Assembly (NCBI GenBank): GCA_051382305.1
Contig: JBBCAV010000116.1
Location: 1 to 6,482 of the forward strand
DNA from: Bdellovibrionota bacterium FG-2
Lineage (GTDB): Bacteria; Bdellovibrionota; UBA1018
Length of the DNA stretch: 6,482 nucleotides
Reading direction: 5' to 3'
Shown here one piece after another: positions 1 to 5,270 of this stretch. Each line of letters begins with the position of its first letter. The first letter of the stretch is position 1. The translations under genes and the position numbers were made by a program. The notes under the pieces were generated by a model that was not told the DNA's origin, did not search any database, and worked only from the letters and a program-made list of their open reading frames with translations.

Positions 1-2
1 CT

Positions 3-632
3 AAGGAGCAGGTCGAGAGTTTTATGGAGAATACGTTGTTTGCGCTGCCGGCCAACGCAAAGATTGCTAAACGTCTCCGACAGGCGAGGCTCAAGGGCGT
101 TTCATGCGCTCTCGTTTTCAAGAATTACGAAATTGAGCGTTTTAAAGCCATCAGCCAATGGTACCATTTGGCAATTCTCGATCTCACAACGACGACGGGG
201 TTTCGCAGTGAGATGGCTTGGATTGCTAGCCGCCTAGGAATCAGTAACCTCGAAGCCCGCGATGCCGTGGTCCGTCTCATTGATCTGGGCCTCTTGGAAC
301 AAAAGGCAAGTAAGCTTCACAAAACTGAAAACAAGATCTACTTCGCTACTCAACGCTCGGAGGCTGCGGTGCGCAGCTTTCATCAGCAAATGATTGGCAA
401 GGCTATTGAGCAATTGCAACGCACCGATGAAGCCTCGTTTGCGACACGTGAGATTTCGTCAATGACGATGGCGATTTCCAAAAGCAAAATTCCTTTGGCA
501 AGAGAGCGGATTCAGAAATTTCAAAAGGAATTAGCTGCGCTTCTTTGCGTTGGAGATTGCGATGAAGTCTATCAATTTAATGTTCAGATGTTTCCATTAA
601 CAAAAGTATTGAAAGAGGAGATTAGAAAATGA
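3..632 (+). CDS. TIGR02147 family / DUF4423 domain protein (putative HTH regulator), 5'-truncated by the window edge
   Basis: The frame is open from base 3 (KEQVESF-MENT...), so ATG 24 is probably internal. It carries motifs typical of the family: 'F..ISQWYHLAILDL', winged-helix-like 'WIASRLGIS..EARDAV.RL..LGLL', 'AVRSFHQQM', 'REISSMTMAI' and C-terminal 'EVYQFNVQMFPLTK'. Confidence 0.85.
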   Translation, partial: KEQVESFMENTLFALPANAKIAKRLRQARLKGVSCALVFKNYEIERFKAISQWYHLAILDLTTTTGFRSEMAWIASRLGISNLEARDAVVRLIDLGLLEQKASKLHKTENKIYFATQRSEAAVRSFHQQMIGKAIEQLQRTDEASFATREISSMTMAISKSKIPLARERIQKFQKELAALLCVGDCDEVYQFNVQMFPLTKVLKEEIRK

Positions 633-2065
633 AAATAAATAAGGGTTGGAGCATTGTGCTAATACTCATGGGAGTCGCGCCTACTGTTGCATTAGCAAGT
701 AATGGGGGTAGTACCGGTGTCGGAAGCGGTGGGGGTTCGGTTATTTGTCGGGCTGATGGGGTCAATGTTTCTTTTGCACAAATGTATGAGATTTGGGAGT
801 ACGACAAGTTAGATATTCAAGAATCAAATGAAATAAAGGCTCATGACCTTGTACAAGCGAGAATAGCGCGGCTGGCTGAGTTAAATCCTTTGTTTGCAGA
901 CGAAGTGAGCCAGCGAGTGGGCTTTATTGAGAAGGAGATTGAGCGAAATTTAAAGAGCGGCAGGAAAGTTTCTTTAATGCAAGTTCTTGCGCCACAAGGA
1001 GTCGAGTTACCTGCGCGATGTCCGAATAATTCGGCTACGCTCGCGGCTTTCGCGCAAATCGCCAATTACATCGATGCAAAAGATGGGAATGAGGACATCA
1101 TTCACCTCGATACTGAAATCTATGCTGCATTTTCTGAGACAAGTCGAGCAACGCTTATTCTGCATGAGGCATTTTTCAAGATTTTTCGGGAAACGTTAGG
1201 GGAAGCTAATGCCGACCACGCAAAGTATTTAGCGGCCAACTTAATGGCTGAGGTCAGCGACGAGGTACTGATTCCAATTCTCAAGGACTTACTAATACGC
1301 ACCCGATTTTCAGTCGTTAGTATTCTCTATAACGATTATTATGAGAAGATTTTTGCCTCGGCTAAGCTCGGAAATGTTGAAGAAGTTGGTCGGTTACTCA
1401 CTCGGCCTGTGATTATTTATAAGCAGAAAGTAGATCTTGATACTACCATTCGGCTTCAGGTTACCGAAGAAAGAGGGGGGTTCGTTCCTACGGCTGAGTA
1501 TGCGGAAATTGGCTTTCAGGATTACTTTGGCGACCGCCTTGAAGAAGCTATGCTAGCGATGGATGCCACGAGCGTGCGTGATATAGCTCACTTAAGGATT
1601 CAGGTGCCAGGTTTATATCGTCCTCAAGAACTAGACGCCTGTACGGGCGGAAAAGTGTTTAGACGATTAATGGATAAAATATCAAATGAAAAAAGATCCT
1701 CTTTTCGCGTGTTGAAAACGAAAAGGAATTTTTGGAGAAAAGACACCTATTCTTTTGATCATCTCACGGAAGACGGAAAACTCATTGTGGCTCAAGTTAA
1801 TACTCTTGTCTTGAATTTGCCTGGAAAATTTAGTTTTGCTTGTGCATTTGAGTGGAAGAAATTTGAAAACCCGGTGTCTTTTGCGGCTTATGCAAATGAT
1901 ATCGAGCTCGCAAGGATGATGCTTCAAAATATGTCTCAGAAGGAAATCGCAAATCTTTCGGATGCAAGTTTTGAAGAAAATGCCAGCAACTTGGCTGCAA
2001 GCAATGAAATGAGAGCGCTTCTGGAGCCCTATGGAATAAAGGGGCAAAAGCACCCTTGGGAATAG
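629..2065 (+). CDS. Secreted hypothetical protein (478 aa) with Gly-rich N-terminus, LILHE helix and degenerate ankyrin-like segments
   Basis: SD GAGGAG at 615-620, 8 nt before the ATG, and an ATGA overlap with the upstream stop. Sec signal peptide MKINKGWSIVLILMGVAPTVALA| followed by SNGGSTGVGSGGGSVIC. LILHEAFF motif with His at 1163. Ankyrin-like segments at about 1346-1399, 1868-1930 and 1979-2035. Confidence 0.8.
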   Translation: MKINKGWSIVLILMGVAPTVALASNGGSTGVGSGGGSVICRADGVNVSFAQMYEIWEYDKLDIQESNEIKAHDLVQARIARLAELNPLFADEVSQRVGFIEKEIERNLKSGRKVSLMQVLAPQGVELPARCPNNSATLAAFAQIANYIDAKDGNEDIIHLDTEIYAAFSETSRATLILHEAFFKIFRETLGEANADHAKYLAANLMAEVSDEVLIPILKDLLIRTRFSVVSILYNDYYEKIFASAKLGNVEEVGRLLTRPVIIYKQKVDLDTTIRLQVTEERGGFVPTAEYAEIGFQDYFGDRLEEAMLAMDATSVRDIAHLRIQVPGLYRPQELDACTGGKVFRRLMDKISNEKRSSFRVLKTKRNFWRKDTYSFDHLTEDGKLIVAQVNTLVLNLPGKFSFACAFEWKKFENPVSFAAYANDIELARMMLQNMSQKEIANLSDASFEENASNLAASNEMRALLEPYGIKGQKHPWE

Positions 2066-2116
2066 TTGCCGTTTCCCACAATCTCGGGACAATGTTTTCA
2101 AATTGAAAGGTATATT

Positions 2117-2509
2117 ATGAAGTATTTAGCAACCCTTTTGTTAGCCGCATGTTCAGTGGTGCCAAGCGCCGCTTTTTCGTCAGAGTTCTATAATTGCAAG
2201 GGCGTGGGGAAGAACGTCTTGCAGGATGGACAAGAGACGATGAGCGAAGCTTCCGTCTTGATCTACCGAGAGGCCGGTCAGAAGAAATTGATCGCTGAAT
2301 TTCCTAATCCGGGGGAATCCAAATTGGCTGGGACTATTGAAAATGATGGCCAGGTTCAAATTGTAAATGTCGATAAGCCCTCTACTGTCGTTTTTGCTGG
2401 CAGCGTAAAACTCACTTCTACTTCTTTGCCCGGATATAAGGCTGGCCTTGTTCTTAATGGAAAAGGTTATGACGGATGCGCTTTAGAAGCACTCCTTCTA
2501 TGTGAGTAA
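2117..2509 (+). CDS. Small exported hypothetical protein (130 aa), predicted beta-rich; possible lipoprotein
   Basis: Start moved from TTG 2066 to ATG 2117, which has GAAAGG at 2105-2110. The N-terminus MKYLATLLLAACSVVPSAAFS fits either a lipobox (LAAC, Cys12) or an SPI site (AFS|S). Further Cys residues lie near both ends of the mature region (FYNC, DGC, LLCE). Confidence 0.75.
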   Translation: MKYLATLLLAACSVVPSAAFSSEFYNCKGVGKNVLQDGQETMSEASVLIYREAGQKKLIAEFPNPGESKLAGTIENDGQVQIVNVDKPSTVVFAGSVKLTSTSLPGYKAGLVLNGKGYDGCALEALLLCE

Positions 2510-2796
2510 TTGTTTTAGCTCTGCACATCGCGTAACGGATTTCTCCCCCAGGCGCTGGCCTACATCGGTGTCACTCAGAAATCAGCTACTGAGCGGTTCC
2601 CCTTCGGTGAGAAAATTTCGCGCGAACGTGCGTACTCGCACGCCCCTTCTGGCGGCGGGTTTTCGGATTGGGTGGAAAACAGGTTTATGCGACCTTCGAA
2701 GCCGAAGTGATACCGTTTCCTTGAAAAAATCGCACCTTGCGATGCATTAGTTATTTTTGAGACTGAGTATTTCCCAATACTTAAACCGCCAAAGAG

Positions 2797-2813
2797 CTGG
2801 CAAGGATTTTGCT
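2797..2813 (+). promoter_or_regulatory. Sigma54 (RpoN) -24/-12 promoter for the Cys-rich repeat gene
   Basis: CTGGCAAGGATTTTGCT matches the consensus YTGGCACGNNNNTTGCW with one mismatch. GG (2799-2800) and GC (2811-2812) are exactly 10 nt apart. The site is intergenic, correctly oriented and ends 34 nt before ATG 2848. Confidence 0.7.
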
Positions 2814-2847
2814 TGGTCATCGGGAAACTTAACTTAATAGAGGCCAT

Positions 2848-3510
2848 ATGAATAAATATCTCGTTTTAATAATCGGCATCATGGCGATCAATAACGCTGC
2901 TCTTGGGGACAGCAAAAAATTAGAGAGTAACTCGTTCACTCAGGTTGCACTGACCTGCTTCGCGGATCAAAAAACAGAAAAAGAAAACACTTTTTCTTTA
3001 GACGATTTTGGAATGCTTTCGTGCTCCAATACTGGACAATACTGCACTGGAGATAATGATTGCTGCGGAAGAGGTCGGTGCAGTGGCGAAAATGTTTGTG
3101 TGGAAAACCCTACGGGCTGCTCAGCGCCAGGGCAATTCTGCAGAGGCAATGACAATGATTGCTGCGGAAGGGGAAGATGCAACAAGCTCAATGTTTGTGT
3201 GGAAAATCCTTCCAGCTGCTCAGCTCCCGGACAATTCTGCAGAGGCAGTGACAATGACTGCTGCGGAAGAGGGAAATGCAACAAGCTCAATGTTTGTGTC
3301 GAAAACCCTCCCGGCTGCTCAGCGCCTGGGCAATTCTGCGGAGGCGATGACAATGATTGTTGCGGAAGGGGAAGATGCAATGGAGCAAAAAACATTTGTG
3401 TTGAAAACCCTACGGGCTGCTCTGCGGCAGGACAATTCTGCAAAATTAGCAATGATTGCTGCGGTCGAGGGGTATGTAGCAATAACGGCGTTTGCGTCGA
3501 TAATCCATAG
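2848..3510 (+). CDS. Secreted Cys-rich protein with five tandem knottin-like (C-x6-C-x5/6-CC-x4-C-x5/6-C) modules
   Basis: GAGG at 2840-2843. Signal peptide MNKYLVLIIGIMAINNAALG, then a spacer of about 38 aa, then five 6-Cys modules. Repeats 2 and 3 differ at 12 of 99 nt, 8 of them synonymous in this frame, which supports this frame as the coding one. Confidence 0.9.
   Translation: MNKYLVLIIGIMAINNAALGDSKKLESNSFTQVALTCFADQKTEKENTFSLDDFGMLSCSNTGQYCTGDNDCCGRGRCSGENVCVENPTGCSAPGQFCRGNDNDCCGRGRCNKLNVCVENPSSCSAPGQFCRGSDNDCCGRGKCNKLNVCVENPPGCSAPGQFCGGDDNDCCGRGRCNGAKNICVENPTGCSAAGQFCKISNDCCGRGVCSNNGVCVDNP
3022..3507 (+). repeat. Five coding tandem repeats of about 99 bp, starting at 3022, 3118, 3217, 3316 and 3418
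   Basis: Unit lengths are 96, 99, 99, 102 and 90 nt. Consensus CSxxGQ(F/Y)Cx3-4NDCCGRGxCx5-6CV(E/D)NP. The 20-mer GAAAACCCTACGGGCTGCTC is identical at 3103-3122 and 3403-3422. Confidence 0.95.
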
Positions 3511-3526
3511 GTTCGATGAACCTATG
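3506..3526. terminator. Hairpin overlapping the stop codon at the convergent junction; possible terminator or mRNA 3'-stabilising stem
   Basis: CATAGGTTC-GAT-GAACCTATG is a perfect 9-bp stem. The U-tract is poor on both strands, so intrinsic termination is uncertain. Confidence 0.4.
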
Positions 3527-3569
3527 TTGTACAACGTTTTGGAGACGCTGGGCCGCGGCTCAAAGTCCT

Positions 3570-4235
3570 TCACTCATCACTTTCAGTCTTAAACTCTAAC
3601 TCACGTTCTTTGTCACGGCAGCCCTGGCATCGCCTTGGATGCTGGAAACCCATCTTTTCAAAATGCTTCTGTTCTCCAGGATCAAACTCAAACTGCTCGC
3701 CGCATTCGCGGCATTTGATAAATATGGTTTCTCTGACAACGTACGGCTCTGGTTCGCTTCGCCCCAAGCGAATTATGATTTCTTTCTGCCATAAAGTTAA
3801 AATACTTTCGGTAGAGCGATGAAACAAGATTTCAATCGGAGTACGAAACCAACGAACCGGATCATAAATGAGGCCTTCCCGTTTTTCAATATAGGGCGTG
3901 CGTCCACACTCCAGACGAGCACAATCCCTAGTTTGACCGGGACATTCCTTCCTAAAGCACACGTTACCTAAGAAACTTCGATCAGTTCCAAACACAAATA
4001 GATCGAATCCGCCCGTCCTGCCTTGAAGCTGGCGCTTGATCTTGGCGATTCGACCTAGATCGCAAAATGCATTTAGGAACAGGGCGACATCAACATCTGA
4101 GGGGTATGGATCGTTGCCAGCGACTGAAGCAAAGATTCCTACTTCTTCAACTGACTGAAACACTTTAACTTGATCTGAAAAATCAGCCGCAACGGCTTTG
4201 TATTGTGCAAGTTTGTCGATCTTTGCTCGGATCAT
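3570..4235 (-). CDS. Pol-beta superfamily minimal nucleotidyltransferase domain fused to a Cys4 cluster and a C-terminal zf-trcl-like zinc ribbon
   Basis: 'VEEVGIFASVA.....SDVDVALF' is the hG[GS]..DxD motif with Gly replaced by Ala (D47, D49); the third Asp is in 'FDLFV' (D78). Cys cluster C93-C98-C105-C110. C-terminal 'IKCRECGEQFEFDPGEQKHFEKMGFQHPRRCQGCR' matches the zf-trcl pattern CxxCGxxFxFxxGEQxxF/YxxxGFxxPxRCxxCR. Confidence 0.8.
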   Translation of the reverse strand: MIRAKIDKLAQYKAVAADFSDQVKVFQSVEEVGIFASVAGNDPYPSDVDVALFLNAFCDLGRIAKIKRQLQGRTGGFDLFVFGTDRSFLGNVCFRKECPGQTRDCARLECGRTPYIEKREGLIYDPVRWFRTPIEILFHRSTESILTLWQKEIIIRLGRSEPEPYVVRETIFIKCRECGEQFEFDPGEQKHFEKMGFQHPRRCQGCRDKERELEFKTESDE

Positions 4236-4336
4236 TTGCCATGCCCTTTGGTCGAGGTTCTTGGTGCCTTGTTGCTCCGATTATCATATGGCAATTTGGG
4301 GGTAAATACATTTCCAGTTGTTCGTGATGAGTTGGC

Positions 4337-4774
4337 CTAGGCCTTTTCCTCGAAATTCTGAGTCTCCACTAAATGTTTTCGCCACTCCGGAGCTGGATAG
4401 CAGTCTGCCCAATACTCTTTCATTGAAACGATCAGCTCTTCCTCAATTTCAAAATAGGAGATTACAAACAAATTCATCGTTTTCCCCTCCGGTAATTCGG
4501 AGGTAATTTTAACTTCTGAGATAAAATGATCCCGATGCTCCCATTGATCATAGTTGTGGGTGCTATCAAAGAACTCAAACTTGTGAGTTCCAGGGGAGAT
4601 TCTATTCATTACGATGAAGTTGGCGGCTGAGGTAAATGTTTCGTTTGATTGCGGCCAATAAGCTTCAAACTCATCTGCGAAAAGGAGTTTGAGTTTGTCC
4701 CAGTTCTTTTCGGCAAGGGCGTTCCAATAAGCGCTTACGACTGCGCTTGCCTGTTCGTAATTTCCAATTTTCAT
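4337..4774 (-). CDS. NTF2-like / SnoaL-like family protein (145 aa)
   Basis: Start moved to ATG 4774, which has GAGG upstream and lies 5 nt after the previous stop. Motifs 'VVSAYWNAL...NWDKLKLLFAD....YWPQSNE' and 'VISYFEI....IV...EYWAD..PAPEWRKHL' are typical of small bacterial NTF2-family proteins. Confidence 0.85.
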   Translation of the reverse strand: MKIGNYEQASAVVSAYWNALAEKNWDKLKLLFADEFEAYWPQSNETFTSAANFIVMNRISPGTHKFEFFDSTHNYDQWEHRDHFISEVKITSELPEGKTMNLFVISYFEIEEELIVSMKEYWADCYPAPEWRKHLVETQNFEEKA

Positions 4775-4779
4775 TTTCG

Positions 4780-5232
4780 TCACGCCTCTTTTAGTTTTCC
4801 ATTCCAATACCCGATATAGGCTTGGTATGCCCTAACTGATTTCAAAAATGCGACATGGTGTTCAGCGGCCACCCGATAGGCCGGAATGGTTTCGAGTCCA
4901 TCCCGTCTGGCTTTTTCTAGGCGATGATTTCCATCGATCACGTTGAATCGACCAGGGCTGATCTCACCCAGAACGATTGGATTCGAGAGGTTTGCCTGTT
5001 GGATGGTTTTTTCATCGAGGTGCATCGGTACAAATCGTGCCAAAGGGGCAACGGTGACTTGCTCGGTAGGAAAAATATCGGGTTTAGCACGGATGAATGC
5101 CACCAGTTTCGTGATGTTGAATTCGAAGATGCCATTGGCAAAGTACTCATCGTCATCGCCTGGTGCTACCGGAACAAAATTTTTCTTCAGCTTCATTTTG
5201 CGGGTCATTATGCGGGTCATGGCTTCATTCAT
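4780..5232 (-). CDS. Stand-alone ParB/Sulfiredoxin N-terminal domain protein
   Basis: 'LSNPIVLGEISPGRFNVIDGNHRLEKARRDGLETIPAY' contains the PI.v.....y.viDGxHR..A motif. No HTH or dimerisation domain follows. The start is uncertain (ATGs at 5232, 5220, 5208, 5196). Confidence 0.8.
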   Translation of the reverse strand: MNEAMTRIMTRKMKLKKNFVPVAPGDDDEYFANGIFEFNITKLVAFIRAKPDIFPTEQVTVAPLARFVPMHLDEKTIQQANLSNPIVLGEISPGRFNVIDGNHRLEKARRDGLETIPAYRVAAEHHVAFLKSVRAYQAYIGYWNGKLKEA

Positions 5233-5270
5233 CCTTTATTGAAGCTCAAAAGCCAATCCAAATCCGATGC

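Noticed and set aside
2502..2847. ORFs 2502..2750 (+) and 2575..2847 (-) in the intergenic region
   Set aside because: They have no recognisable motifs or convincing SD. The region is better explained as regulatory DNA for the sigma54 promoter.
3046..3360. RGD-like integrin-binding motifs in loop 2 (TGD, RGND, RGSD, GGDD)
   Set aside because: No module contains an exact RGD, so the resemblance is only suggestive.
3022..3507. Repeat array as a CRISPR array or DGR template/variable repeat pair
   Set aside because: The units are contiguous in-frame coding repeats with no unique spacers. Differences are not adenine-specific, and no cas or reverse transcriptase gene is in the window.
2848..3510. 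Metallothionein, ferredoxin, multiheme cytochrome or RiPP precursor interpretation
   Set aside because: The signal peptide points to an oxidising compartment. There are no CxxCH or CxxCxxC motifs, and no radical SAM or other maturase gene lies nearby.
3506..3569. Integron attC site between small genes
   Set aside because: GTACAAC resembles an R'' box, but there is no correctly spaced complementary GTTRRRY, and no similar sites follow the other small genes.
2967..3592. Long alternative ORFs 2967..3482 (-), 3008..3592 (+) and 3319..3573 (-) over the repeat gene
   Set aside because: They are shadows of a tandem repeat, since one stop-free unit stays stop-free when repeated. Substitutions between repeats are mostly synonymous in the Cys-rich frame.
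3570..4774. MNT-HEPN toxin-antitoxin pair or CBASS cyclase
   Set aside because: The neighbour is NTF2-like with no Rx4-6H HEPN context. The NTase is too small for a CD-NTase, and no effector gene is adjacent.
4780..5232. Partitioning ParB of a parABS system
   Set aside because: It has no HTH or C-terminal dimerisation domain, no adjacent parA and no parS-like palindrome.
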